A stretch of 64,000 bases of DNA, taken from assembly GCA_050084515.1 (NCBI GenBank), contig CM114271.1:558001-622000 (forward strand), given 5' to 3'. Under the pieces are notes generated by a model. That model worked only from the letters and a program-made list of their open reading frames with translations, made no database searches and had not been told where the DNA came from. A program made the position numbers and the translations under genes. Positions 23,621-37,190 of this stretch are shown here, one piece after another. Numbering within the stretch: position 1 is the stretch's first letter; every line of letters begins with the position of its first letter. This DNA is from Blasia pusilla. Taxonomy: Eukaryota.

Positions 23621-26600
23621 CCCCGTACCTTTGCATGCATACCAACACATATGGTAGATGGGCATCCTAATAGACTTGCATTGCATTCTAGGTAATATTC
23701 TACTGAATGACATATCAAATCAACACGACCATGTCTATTGAGCACCATTTGTACCATCTCTATGCATCTAGACTTGAGGTTGTATACCTTTACTATGAGA
23801 TATGGTAATTTTAGGGCTCACTTGAGATGCTCGAGTGCTCAACGTTGGCTGATTCACCTTAATCTCAAGGGATATTGTTCCGTTATAAGAAATGGATTTG
23901 AGAATTGAATTTAGGGTCTAGTGGATAAGCATTCAAATATGCGCCCATGTTGAGGTAAAAGGTTGCATCAAGGGGTATATTGGAAGATTTCATTTGATTA
24001 AAATCTCATATGAGAGTGCATGTGTTCCAAGTAGTGCACGTATACACCAAAAAGAAGCACAAAAACAAACTATAATAATAAAGCCAAATATGGGAACCAT
24101 TTATTAAGTGGGACGTAGACAATGAAGGTCACATCAACCATGTGTTGTGATGTGGTTATTAGCCTTTTGTATGTGCATCCACATCCGCATTTGACATAAG
24201 TTGCATAGGAATAAGACTAACCTTTGAGAGGAATTACCAATGGCATGCACCTCCGTGGACCTACAAGATTGGTGTGCTACTTGGGCTCAAGCCCACTCAT
24301 AGGAATCTTGTAATTTTATGGCTTTTCTCTCTTGCTCTTGTTCAAGGATTCTTTGAGACTCTAGGAAAAACACGAGAGGCCTCCACTTCGTATCGGGTTT
24401 CCTCTTTAGTCACAACATTGTATGTGATAATTATGAACATTCTATGAAGGAAAAATCAAGGGAAGAGGAGAAATGATAAAATTTGTGAATATAGGGGGTA
24501 GTTGAGACTTAAATATAGGCCCCTATGGTTGGGTTTTTTCCACTTGCAAATATACTATCCCACCCGAAAATTGCTTTTAATCTACACGATCTTTGATTAG
24601 TGAGTTCTTGCACCCATAAATTTGTGAGTTACTTGTAGCTCTAGGATACACCAAAATTCCATGTTGAGAGCTCAAAAAATTGCAACATATTTGCAATGGT
24701 GCAATTTTGTAGCCCCCAATTCTAGAAAACCTATGCAGCTTTTAAGAGTTACAATGTTACCATTTGTGATTGTCTTGCAACTCATAAAACTCACAACATG
24801 CTTGCGCAATCATTGCAAATGTCACTCGCACTATAATCACACTATAATTGCATGGGAACCACAACGTACTAAAAAATAAACTCAAAAACCTGAAACAATT
24901 CACTCGGCCTCCCCTCCCCCAACGGTGTTTGAAACGATGAGTTGGCGGAGTTCTTGAATAATGCAGCCATATCTCCATAGTGCATGAAGAACATAATCTA
25001 TAGACACACTTCATATGGTTTTCACCACGTGAAGACAATGGTTTTGGGGTCATTAGAGGAGCAATGAACGTGGGGGTTGGGGATACCAACACCCACCAAC
25101 TGTGACCAAGGTTCATGGTGGTGAATCTTCAAAGGGAGTTAGCACTAGCTGCAAACCCTTACGGCTAATGGGCCAACACTATTTGTTAGCTAGAGTTGTG
25201 GCACTTGCCTCATAAGTCGAAGGGAATACACTCCTTCGATAAGGGAGGAGAGAAGGCATTTTGATATGCCTTTGTGAGTATCTCTTACCTTATTGCATGG
25301 TTGCACGGAAATAGACTTGTATGTTTACTAAACGGACATGCCCAACACGTTTCCCACTCGAGTTTTTTTGGTATCCTAGTCGCCCATGCGGGCTCGAGAT
25401 GTAGGAACATGTGCGAGCTTAGATTAAAGAAGGCATGCACGGATCAAACTGTAAGCTATGAGCCCTTGCCTGACCCACATGTAGACACGCCCGCACAAGG
25501 TGTGTCTACATTACAGGCCACGAGAACTCACGACTGTGTGGACATGTCTATCTTAAGAATAGACATAAGTCCATCCACACATACTTTTTTTGTGTGCAAC
25601 CTTGCCTTCTAGCATTCTTAGAATGTATAGATAATCAGATCATATTATAGAAGGTTTAATTGGTTGTGAGGATGGTGAATGGAGTTTACAAACTATGGGA
25701 AGTACCTTACCCCCTTAGTCAAAGGGGCATATCCACTTGCAATGATGAGGGTAAGCCAAAGAAAGGTGTAAGATACTTGAGTTGATTTTCAAGTCAAAAG
25801 AAATTAGTGAAAAATAGGGGAGTAGTCAAGAGGGATGAGATGCCTTGATACTAACCAAAAGAACTAATGGCTCCAATACAACCATGAGATGCCAAATGAT
25901 GGGAGTGAAGACATGCATTGGCCACGAGACACACAAATGGGAAAATTAGGGTTCCCTTAGAGAAACCTACAAGTATATAGAGGGAGGGACCCTCTTTCTC
26001 CATACCCGCTCAAGTCTTGGAACAAGGGATAAACCATGTTTTGCATTTGCTCATGTTTCAAGTTTGAGATGAGGAACCGTTCAAGACACACCAAGACGAA
26101 TCAACAACGACGCTCTAATTTAGGTGAGTGGTTAGAGGAGATTGGCCAAGACTTGGGGAAGAGGGTTCATAGGGAGACACTATGCGCCTCAAGAGACTCA
26201 AAATTCTTCAATGCTTGGAAACTAATCAATTCAACTATGAAATCCACAACTAGTTGGGTCTTTAAGACTCCCAAGACTTATGATGCTCACAAAACTCGAG
26301 ATCACAATGTCTCTGTGGACTGGCAAGGAAGTGTATAGCTTGAAATCTATGAAGATAATGCCTGGTGTAGTATGTGTGCCTTGTAGTTTACATCATATAG
26401 GAACCTTGAAAGGATACTATAGGAGACCCGATGAGCACAAATAGTGTTACAGATATTGCATAATAACAACCAAACCCTATCTCATCTAGTCCCATTTTAT
26501 TCACGAATGAGACTTGGGAGTCAAATATTGGGTCTAATTAAGTTGAGCATAGAAGAGCGATGCTGTGTATATCAACTCTTTAGGAGATAAGGAAGTTTCT

Positions 26601-26779
26601 TTGGATTCAACATGCATGATTTGGGTTGGTTGATTGATCGAGAGATTAATATAATTTGGCTTGTGACACAAGTATTTTTCAAGGACCTTATAAGTAGATT
26701 GATATGGATAGGCCCTTTGATTTAGGATAGGAGTTAAGATTTGGCTTAGCCAAGACTAATGGGGGACATTGCATGGAAA

Positions 26780-26900
26780 ACATGCATCTATTAGAGTCAT
26801 GCTCGTCAAGAAGGATATATATGCAAATTGGATAGATGCGCGTGGACTATCAACCTAATAATCAACAAATAAAGGTCATCGGTATGCTATACCTACCCTA
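26780..26900 (+). pseudogene. Short fossil RT fragment related to the DNMT-bearing element
   Basis: gtcatgctcgtcaagaaggatatatatgcaaattgg...cggtatgctatacctacc aligns with 37800-37912. Confidence 0.65.
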
Positions 26901-27299
26901 GATATCGTGCATCCACTCCTTGGAACTCCGGTCTCGTGACTTGCGAAAGCTTGCATTGAGTAGGTTACACTATCACTACTAATCTACACCCAAATACGCT
27001 CACATTAGCCACAATTTGGATCAACCACACTTGCATCTCTTGAACATAGGTTGTGGATCATCCCTCAAGCTCAACAAATCTAGAGGGGATTAGATATCCA
27101 TCTAACCCCTCAATCCCCAACATAAGGAAATCATTCAAAACTTGGGACATGCTTCACTTGATAATCTAGGGACCTGAAATGATCATAGCATGCTTCACCA
27201 TCACAATTGCCCAATCGACCTCGAGAGAGTTACTGAACGAAACTCAATATCTAAACCCTACAGTCAAGGTCTTAGGTTAGCATCCAAAACTAGATTACA

Positions 27300-28130
27300 T
27301 GGACTTGACTTGGTGTAAGAACCCAAATGCCAACTTCTCATTTTATCCTATGCCCTAAGTTAATCCCTAAGGTTCCCAAGATGGGATCCAAGTTCCAAAC
27401 TCCCTTAGAGAACCCCCCCTCCCTCGACGCCTTTATATATAGTCTTAGAGAGCTTCATACCCTTACTTTATCCAAGGAATTCCTTTTGGGTCACTCTTTA
27501 TGTGTCACGATCCTCATAACCAAATATGTAGCGATGAGAAACATCAAGACTTGTAGTAGGCTCACACTAGGATGCATGTACGTTGGAGGAGTCTCTTGAA
27601 GGAGACATGAGACGTGAGACGCGAGTAAGGTTGAGCATTTCATGTGTTAATGGTCGCCACTCCGGGAAACCTTGACCAAATGCAGACCAAGACTTGAGAA
27701 GAGTCGAGTCTAGAAGAATGGGTTGCCAAAGAGGATGAGAATCAGAATTGGACCTTCATTGGCGTTTGATGTTTCATTTTGTTTTAGGTCATAACGACCA
27801 GACCCGAGTTGGTTTTGGGACAAATAAGGTAGCGTTGGAAAGCTTATGCGAAGCCAATTCCAATGCACTAAGATCTTGTTATATGTAGAAGAAAAAATGT
27901 CCCTAAAGATGTCGGATGGACAGTTGGGTTGAGGCCCAAAATAAATGGCATGAGAGTACTTTCCCAAAGGTAGGGGGAGGGTGGAGAACCCTAGAAGTAC
28001 ATATAAGGGGGAGGATCTCTAAGGGTGTTTGGGACCTGAACTCCACTTTGGGGAGCTACTGGGCGAACCAAGGGCACAAAATGGATCAAAAGGTTGACAT
28101 TGGGATGTGAGCATCAAGCCAAGTCCAAGA
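27300..28130. repeat. Two diverged LTR-like fragments in opposite orientation (~27300-27500 and ~27950-28130)
   Basis: Shared tctctaaggg(a/t)gtttgg...ccaagtc(a/c)a sequence and TATA-like motif on opposite strands. Confidence 0.5.
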
Positions 28131-29579
28131 GAGTGAATTTCGAAGGTAACCTTTGGATTCCAACGCATGACTCATTTCTTGGATCTCAGTTAGGGACTCA
28201 TGTGAGGTCTGTTGGAAAGTTGGGATCGCCAGGCATGCGAACATAGTTTTAGGTGCCTAGACTATCCATAAACGTGGCCTTAAGTCTAGGAAGACTTGCC
28301 CCTGTTGGGAAGTAAGGAGTTAGGACCTATTGATCTTGATGAATGGCCAAAGTTGAGAACTCAGGGACTTAGGAAGGTTGGTTAACTCAAACCAAGACTA
28401 ATGAGAATGTGTTTGGGTACATATCAGCAAAGTGAGCGTGACTTATTGAACATACACTTCCCCAACATCTGAGACTGACGTTGAGGAGATGATATTGTGA
28501 CCCTTGATCCAAACTATTATTTAAAATTTTTAGGACTCGTTACAAGACTTTAGATTATGCATTTTTTTGCATATTGGAATTGGCTTCTTAGAAGCTTTCC
28601 AACGATAACTTATTCATCCCAAGCACATTTTGGCTATAACATTCATTACCGAAAATGTGGAGAATCCCCAAACACTGAATCAACTTCCAAGCTAGGTTGC
28701 AATTTATTTATAGGCTAAACTCTTGTGGGACTTTAATTCTCTTAAGTTCCATCTAGTGTTCGATTGTGCTCTTCTAAGTCATTATTTGCTTCGTTGAAGA
28801 TATCCATCGAGGCTCGTATCTTACTTTTATAATTCATGCATCGTTCATGACATTCTAACGAGTTCTCATCCTAGTATGATCCCATTAGATTTATGATATT
28901 TAACATTGATGCATGTTTGGTTATGAGGGTTAGGACACCTAAGGAGATCCTTTCATATTTTTGGGCATTTCAAGATATCTATTTCAATGGATCTGGGAAT
29001 TGGATACTATAATCTACCTATTAGATTGGAGGACATCTAAAATATGATATTTTGGGGCTTTGATCTTCAATGGAAAGATAGTTTGTACAAGCATACCATT
29101 TGGGTTGAAGAATAACTAGAATAAAGTTTGAAGGATCATAAATAATATTTTAATAAGTTTGAATTTTGGTAAGCATGATATTGATGATATCATAAGCTTC
29201 AATGTCATGGTTTAGGAATATTAACATCTCATGTAAATGTTTTTACAAATGAAGTTACATCTCGATGGGCAAGTTTTTCTTGCCATTAAATTTAATATTT
29301 TTAATTTCCATACATCTCATGGTTAAAGAGATCAATGAATGAGACTAGTTTGTCTCATCCATGCCCTGACCATATGAGCCCAATCTAGTTTCTACTACAC
29401 ATTCAATATGAAACTCTTTCTTCTTACACTTATTTTTTAACATTTTCTTCTTGCCAAGTCTTGTAGAGTGCAATTTCTCTTAAAGACTTTCAATGCACAT
29501 TTCCATACAAAAAATAATTTCCTACATATACTTTGTGTTCATTGTAGTATGTAGTTTGCATTGTGTACAATGGAACATG

Positions 29580-30068
29580 TGTAACGTCTTTTAGGAAAGA
29601 TCGGTGAGATCTAGTAGAGCGCCTTTGCAAGTAGTGGAGGGCACGCTTACGAGGTCGAGGATGACATGTTGAGGCCCCAGGAAACTTGAGAGAGCAGGTT
29701 TCCCCTTCGTTTTGGCTCTTTTGGAGCCATATTGAGAAACTTACTATATGGTCAAAGTTGGCTATATGGTCAACTTTATATTTTAGGAAGTGTCTCTTGA
29801 CCTCCTGCATGAGGTCAAGAGTGAAGGAGGTCACTTGAGAGCACATGTTACCATGAAGAGAGCTTGGGAGAGGGGAGCGGTATACCTTAAGGAGAGAGAT
29901 GTTGAGTTCTCTCTTTGTTGAACCTCTTGACACGAGGTAGCCGAGCTATGGTCCCTTGTCTTGTGAGTGTCATCCAAGCCTCTCATTAAGAGATTTGGTT
30001 TGGTTTGACATTGAGAGAGACATGTGAGAGTGCACACATGTGAGAGTTATGGTGTTGCGAGAAATATT
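29580..30068 (+). repeat. LTR-like repeat family A, 5' segment
   Basis: Starts tgtaacg; similar to 40870-41220, 52438-52990 and (reverse) 53232-53720. Confidence 0.75.
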
Positions 30069-31671
30069 TCACCTTATTTAAAAAGAAGAGAATGAGAGGG
30101 TGAGAGAGCTTGATGGGGCAACTCGTTGGTTGCTCAATGTTTGATGCAGGTTGGGGACCGTGTTCCCCGCTTCATGGCTCATGGGAGTACTTACGGAAGC
30201 AAGAGCCATGCTATTTTGACGTTTGTGTGTCAATTTTTTGTGTGAGAGAATAGCGCACGCAAGCGCTGCCCAATTTTTGATAGGGATTGAATATGGGGGT
30301 GGCTTGCCCCATTCCGGTGCTCTCAAGAGCACCATGTTGCTTGCTGATTTTTATTTTCATAGGTTTTACTTTTTTGTTGGGAGAAATCAACACGGAAGCG
30401 TTGCCAAAATTTATGTAGGAGAAGAGACATTGGGATTTACAACAGTCCATGTCAATTTTTATTGGAAGTTTCGATTCAAAATATGTTTTGGTGTAATTGT
30501 AGATCTTGAAGTTGTGCATGCTGTGCAATAAACAATGCGCAATTTGGAAATACGAGCAGAAAGTTATGGCCAATTTTGCAAAATTGTCATTGTTAGGCGA
30601 TTTTTAGGGTAAAATTGTTCAAACCCTAAACCAGCCGGCGCGTCGGCGACGGCTGTCACCTTCAATGGTCCGCCATCAACAATCAACAGTCCGCCGTCGA
30701 TGGTCCATTGTTACCATCAACGTTCCATCATTTTCATCCGCCGTCGACCTTCGACCGCCGCTGCCGCCTACCGCCGCTCAAAGCCGCGTTCGGCCATTGT
30801 TCGCTGTTGGTTGCCATTGCCACCATTATGGAGTGGACAGTCTTCCACGACGACCGTTGATTCTTTGAATCGTGCCGCCACCATATACTTTGTTGTGCTC
30901 ACCACTGTCATCATAGTTTTGTCATCAATGAGTGATGGTAGGTGACATGGAGTTAAGGTGTTTGAGTTTTAAGGCTATGTTGTGATTGGTAGCCACTCAA
31001 CAACGATCGAGTACCATGCCGTGATGCCCGTTGCCGCAATGCATTTCTGATTTCCGCGCCATACCCCTCGTGGCTGCACCGTACCGTTTCGATCGCGGAT
31101 CCGCTCCTTCACTAAGGAGTAGAGCGTGTGTATTGCTGATTGAGGAGGGTATGCCGCGGAGTTCCGCATCCCATTATCAAGTGTCGTGCCATTCTTTAGG
31201 TGTTTCGTGCCACCAGTGCCACACCGTATTGCTGCATGCGCATCGCATATTGAGGAGGTTTGAGCAGCATCAGTAGGAGAGGAGTATCATTTGCTGATTG
31301 GACGAGTTATCTTCACGACCGAGTTGGATCCAAGATTTTCAGTTGCCGAGGAGCGATATCGACATTTGTTTAAGTTACCCATTCTGTTCCGTTTACCCTG
31401 CATGTGCGAGGGAATTCCGAGTGTTGGGCAATTATTTGGGGATATTGGGTTTCGTGCAGATGTTGAGAGTATCATTGATGTATGGGTTTAGGGGATATAG
31501 ACCTGTGTGGGATGTCCAGACTTGAGGGTATGCCCTCTCGATGAGATGATTGGATGGTATCCGATTCTCGCACCACGCTGCCGCACATCACATGTTTCAG
31601 TGAGAGAGTGTAGATTGAGTGCCGCATGGTAGATTGAGTGATTGATTGATTACGCGTGAGATTGAGAGTGA

Positions 31672-34600
31672 TTGTGTGAGAGGGGCACGAGGGTCTTCAC
31701 GGCGTTCTTTCGAGATTTTGAGAGACGAGGTAGTGGACCTGAGAGTAGGTCTGGATGGTTTACCCACAGTGGTGCGAGGTTTCGAGGGTCTCCACATGAG
31801 AGACCACCTCAATCTCCTTCTGTGTCATCTTCAGACAAGGGGAAGCCTCTAGAGGAGTATGTTAGTGATCCGCCCTACACATTGAGTGGTCCTACAGTTG
31901 GGCGTACGAGATGGACAACCGGGGTAGAGGACCGTGTAGGTTTTTGGGTGCTGTAAGCACTATAGAGCTACACGACTTCATTGCGTAATTTAGGAGTTGG
32001 TGTGACTCACAGCGGGCTAGGAAATCTAGAGAGTCAAACCCGTTTATAGCATGGAACAGTATGTTCGAGCATTTAGAGGGGGCGCCCATGGACGATAACC
32101 ATGAGTTCTCCCACAGATATGCCCACGAGTTTGAGGCACGGCAACTCTACTATGACCCACACTATGTGTCATGGACAGAGCCATTACCAGACGAGGAGGA
32201 GGAGTCAAGAGAGGCTACTTCCTCTTCCACTAGTGATGTTTTAGGAGGGGTCACTTGAACTCGAGAAGTTGCACCGTCCAGTCGGGTGCGTCCTCGGTTC
32301 AACCCCATGGTTGAGTTTTTTGTTGAGATGCGGGCGAGCTACCGGGGGGTATGCACGGAGAAGTTGCGGAGCATCCACGACTTCCAGAGGCGTCCGGGTG
32401 AGAGTTTGCGTGAGGCTTACACTCGCTTGCATCGGTTGATCAACGTCACTCAAGGGGTGATAGAGGCTCAAGTGTCACATCTTATTTCGACTTAGGTAGA
32501 GTTCTATCGCGTCGACGGCATAGAGAGTCAATGGGCTATTCGGGTGTAACTTCATCCTGGGATGTCGGATGAGGTTGGCAACATGTTTTTTTTGTCATGA
32601 ACATTGTTTATGGAATTTTCCCTATTTTGGTTTTTGTCCGTCAGATGATTTGTTGACCAAGTCAACGGTCATCCGATAACTTATGCACGGAGGTTATCGT
32701 TTGGAGGGCTATTTTTGGGGGAAGAGCCTTTTGGCTCTTTCCAAGGGTATAAGAGGAAGAGAGATGGCTTTCTCAAGCCATCTTTCTCATGTTGAGCCTT
32801 AGGAGTGCCTCTCTTGCATAGACGTGTGTGGGTGTGTAGGAAGTTAGGGTGCTAGCGTTCGGATTCCCTCATAGCAAAGGCTGGATGTGGTTTGATATGC
32901 CAATGTAGATTCATGAGTGGAGTTTTAGGCCGGGTAAGCCGTTTTTACTACTCTTGATTTTACATGAGAAAGATTGGAGCCTCTATGTAGTAGGAGAGAT
33001 TTTGCCACTTGGTGTTTTCGAGCGTGGAGGGGATTCACGACCGAAGTTGGTCGACTTGCTAGTACTTTGGCGATAGGGGCTGAGATGAGTGTTCCATGCA
33101 AAGAGGTTGCGGTGGACTGCGAGAGGTGGAGACACACATGCTAATGCCAATGGGTAGTTCGCATCTGTTGACGGGAGGATTGACTTGTTGTGCAAGGAGA
33201 TGGTGGTGTTGCTGAAGTTGCTTTACCACATGGAGGAGTGAGTGTTGATGGTACGGTTGGTTGGAGGGCGTGATCAGGTTACCCATTCGAGTCCCTTTTC
33301 CCGCACTTGTCTCGTGTTATTGAGGGAGCTGGGTATCGGCTAGTAATTGGTGCAAGGTGGGTGTAGCGATGGTGGTGAGTGTATCATGTTTGTGGATATA
33401 TGGCGGTTGCTGAATAGGGGTCGCGTGTATGACCCGAGAGTATGTTTATGACTTAGGTGAGTTAGTCGGGAGGCTCCTTGTGAGCCTAAGTGTTGAGTGT
33501 GCGTGAGGCCGGGATTTTTCATCACGGGATTACCATTAGCGTAGGTGTGTGGGAGACTCTTGGTGAGTCTGAGAGCTTGAGCGAGTGAGACAGGGTTATC
33601 ATCACGGTGTTCTTCCAGGGTTCGGAAGAACGGGGTAGTACGAGAAGTGGTAGTGGAGTGACACAAAGTGGTGTGAGGTATCAAGGGTTTTGTGCGAGGA
33701 ACCACCCCGACTTCCATCCATGGCTGGATCGTCATCACTAGACAACGGGTCTAGTGACAAGATCGCCGACGGGGACGGTTATACGTGGAGAGAGATGGAT
33801 GACATGGGCCACGGCGGCATGTGTCGTTTCTCCAGTGCAAAAAGCACCATAGATTTAGATGATTTCATCAAAGAGTTCGACATGTGGTGTGACTTCCAGG
33901 AGATACTGACCCTTACGTGGTTCAACCCTTTTATGGCATGGAAGGGGTTGTTCCAGCTCTTACACGGTTCGCCAATGGATGATTAGATGGAGTTCCAATC
34001 TCTATACTTTGTAGAGATCGATGCCTAGAGGGTGTATTGGGCTCCAGGGTATGTGTCCACTAGTGACAACGAGGCGTATGATGGTATAGTGAGGTGTGAC
34101 GTATATGTGTGCTATCTGGAGTTGGGGGGACCCAACTCTCAGCTAGGGGGGCGGTTTTGGGGTCCCTATGTATATGCGTGACTATGTATATGTGTGAATC
34201 TACCCGTATGTTGGGGAAGATTGGTGTTGTGTGGTGTGTATATGTGACCAACAATGTGGGTTGTGTAGGGATGTGTATCCGCATGACACAGACTATCCAC
34301 TCGTGGTATGCAATGCTAGATCAAACCCTGAGGACACGGGTGCGGGAGCGGATGCTTCTTATGAACACCTCCCCTACGTTGAGCGATGTTTTTAGGATCG
34401 CCGAGAACATTAAACGCAATATGGCAGATGAGAGCGTAGCCACCATGGGTTCTAGGCGAGAGCAATCATGATTGCCTGCACGACCATTGTAGTGATATGG
34501 ATTCTAAGATTGGTCTGTGGCACCACGAGCTCAGGGAGAATACCGGGAGGTCGTGCCATAGAGACATGTGCCTTCATATACGGCTCAGCAACAGCCGTAT

Positions 34601-34800
34601 ATGATTATTTTTTGGGCATATGGTGGAGCCCATCACTAGCGCAATTGCACTCGTCAAGGTCATGGATGCGCGCCTCAGCCTGTAGGAGGAGATGGTGCTG
34701 CACCAGGAGGTTATCAGCGTGACTTTTGTCAGAGGTACGGTCATACTTGTGCCAAGTCTTCCAGTTTACACCCTAGGTTACGTCCGGACCAAGGGCTAGA
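31672..34800 (+). pseudogene. gag: gag of the DNMT-bearing element, interrupted by a nested insertion (32473-34288)
   Basis: ...FQRRPGESLREAYTRLHRLINVTQGVIEAQ | QTIHSWYAMLDQTLR rejoins in frame once the insert is removed; degenerate zinc knuckle RDFCQRYGHTCAKSSSLHP at ~34718-34775. Confidence 0.7.
32473..34288 (+). mobile_element. Nested, internally deleted family-B retroelement with a gag fragment
   Basis: tgtca...tgaca termini; flanks caag/caga; gag-like 33590-34060 (IDLDDFIKEFDMWCD...NPFMAWKGLFQLLHGSPMDD) is paralogous to 31950-32100. Confidence 0.7.
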
Positions 34801-35681
34801 GAGGGCACCAGAGCGAGTTTCCGGTCCGTGTGGGCTTATAGGTCGGGCGGTGGTCTCGTTGGGGGATGAGGAGCTGGAGTTTCCTGAGGGGTTGATGGAG
34901 TTGCCCGTGGAGGAGGTAGAGTTCCACCAGCTAGACGCGTCAAGGGAGACGCAAGGTGTGAGGCTAGGGTGGCTGCTAAGAAACAACAGCTACAGTAGTA
35001 GATGCCATTATGACACTCACGTTACCCGATGCCGGATCGGTGGCATCGACGTCTTATGGAGCATCCAAAGACATGGAGGATCTTGGTTGGATGTTCGTTG
35101 CCCACATGGAGGCCGCCGTAGTTGTTACGCGTGGAGCAGCCGTAGAGTTGGATCCACAACGAGGGGCAACAAGGAAACACACTAGGCTTCCTGAGTCTTT
35201 AACGTTATCCAAGGCGATGAGGACACCATCGATGGATCGTAATCCGACTTTCCGAAGAGTTGGTGATGTTGTTGGTGTGCAGGCACGGAGGGCGATGGGA
35301 GAAGCGAGTGTGACAACTGCTAGTGCTCATGATCATGAGGAGCAAGTGTCGAGCATGTTGTTGGGGACGGCCACTATTGTGTACTGGGCTCCTTTATTTT
35401 CTCCTTCCGATGTTAAGACGTTGGGAGGTACACCAGTCGAGGTTTTCCGGCTCGCCGCTAGGCTATGTGAGCGTAAAGTTGTAGTTCTTGCATCACGTTC
35501 AGAGGTGATTGCATAGGAGGTAATGGACCTGCCCTTGGAGTAGATGCTTGGGCCGTCCACGTCAAATTCATGGCAGGCTACGGCTGCTAGGATGGCGGGG
35601 ATGCTTGCTAGACCCGCAATAGAGCGTGCCATGGCTTCTCCTAGTGTTGTGTTGCTGGATAACCAGGGAGAGGTCTTCTAG

Positions 35682-36040
35682 TTGGTGAGTCCAGGAGATA
35701 GAGCTTTTAGTCTGCAACGCATCTTGTTGGATTTAGGAGCACAACCCCTAATGTTGGGGAAAGCGACATTAAGAGATTTGGGCGTGACGAGGGCCGATGT
35801 GGAGCGTTGTCCATTCAGGATACATACATCCTTGGATGGAGCGAATACCACACAATATATCACCCGACAGAGGTTGTGGTGAGGTTTTGCCCGCAACATC
35901 CTACAAATGAGTCAGTGGTGCGAGCCAAGGCGATAGTGACCAATGTAGAGTCCTACGACGTCTTGGTTGGTGGAGAAGTGTTGTACCCGATGGGATTCTC
36001 CTTCGATTATGGGGAGGAGTCAGAATCCTACATACCAAGA
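35682..36040 (+). pseudogene. Retroviral-type aspartic protease domain
   Basis: RILLDLGAQPLMLG (degenerate D-[ST]-G-A) and downstream YDVLVGGEVL motif. Confidence 0.7.
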
Positions 36041-36278
36041 TGGTAGACCTTTCTGTGGAGAGGAGTATCATGGTAGCCGCATCATTCCGTGGAGGAAAGG
36101 TGTCGCTTTGGGGCTCGACTAAGGAGCTTCGACGCTTAGCCGCTGAGCATGTGCAGACCGCGTGGAGCAAGATGTTTGCGCTAGGGCATGATGTGTCAGA
36201 GGAACCCAAGGTAGCCAAGAGTGCTACTATGACCCCTTTGGACATCACCCGATTCTGTGGTGCATTCCAAAGGAGGGT

Positions 36279-37190
36279 ATGCGCGTGCTAAATTTATTTG
36301 GCGGGATTAACACTGGTTTAGATGCTGTTTTGCAGGCTAGAGGCAAAACAAAGATTGATGATGTTGTGAGGCGCGCTTCACTTCACCATGTGGCGCAATT
36401 ATGCCTCCGGTTTTCCGACTTGTTGTCTACGTCCGTTGTCCAGGGATACCAGAGTTCCCTACCGAGGGATATTTCATTGCTGAGGGCACAAGACTTGGAG
36501 CGGGTAGGGACCATAGACTTGGTCATTGCTCGTTGGCCGTGTTAGGGCCAATCAAGTGTTGGAGGAGATAGGGGTTAACAAACTCTCAGTCCATGTTTTT
36601 TTGGGAGATGATGCGGATCTTGCGACATTTACACGAGCATCAGTCTCGTTCTCCAACATACATTCTGGAGAATGTGCCATTTTTGGTGATTCGAGGTCCC
36701 GCGTGGTGACGAATGCACATAAGGTGCGTACATGGATCGGTCCGTCAGAGTTGTTGGATGCGGCGAGTGTAGGTTCACAAGCACATCGCCCGCGGCTTTG
36801 GTGGACCAACTTGGTGCCATATGAGGTTTTGCGGAGGGCGTATGTGAGAGTGGAGCGTCCCTCCCATTTGTTGGTGGATTCTATTCTGGATCCATGTCGT
36901 CAATCATAGGCAGTGACTGTGGTCAACAAGATTGACATGCCGCAAGCAGACTTTCCCACATTGGTGAGTTTTCTTGCTTCCTATGCATTCAAGGAGGCCG
37001 GACCAGGCTTGGTTTGGGATGACCAAGTATAGCGGTTGGTGGAGCCCAACGTCGATGAGCTAGAGCAAGCGATGGGATTCCCCAAAGGAGTGACGGTTGT
37101 ACCGTCACTATCAGAGGCATCACGACATCCTATCTTGGGTCAAGCGATGGACCTAAATTGCTTGAAATGGATTTTCAGCTTAGGAGAAGC
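36279..37190 (+). pseudogene. DNMT3-like C5 cytosine methyltransferase domain within pol
   Basis: Motif I VLNLFGGINTG; IV IDLVIARWPC*G; V FFWEMMRIL; VI YILENVP (36668-36676); VIII LDAASVGSQAHRPRLWWTNL; IX ELEQAMGFP; X RHPILGQAM. The motifs are in canonical order across frameshifts. Confidence 0.88.

Noticed and set aside
30621-30631. Telomeric repeat aaaccctaaa
   Set aside because: A single unit (telo-box at most), not an array.
36279-37190. DNMT segment as a host DNMT3/DRM/CMT gene sitting among TEs
   Set aside because: It has no introns or flanking host domains, lies between PR and RT on the same strand, and shows the same decay pattern as pol.
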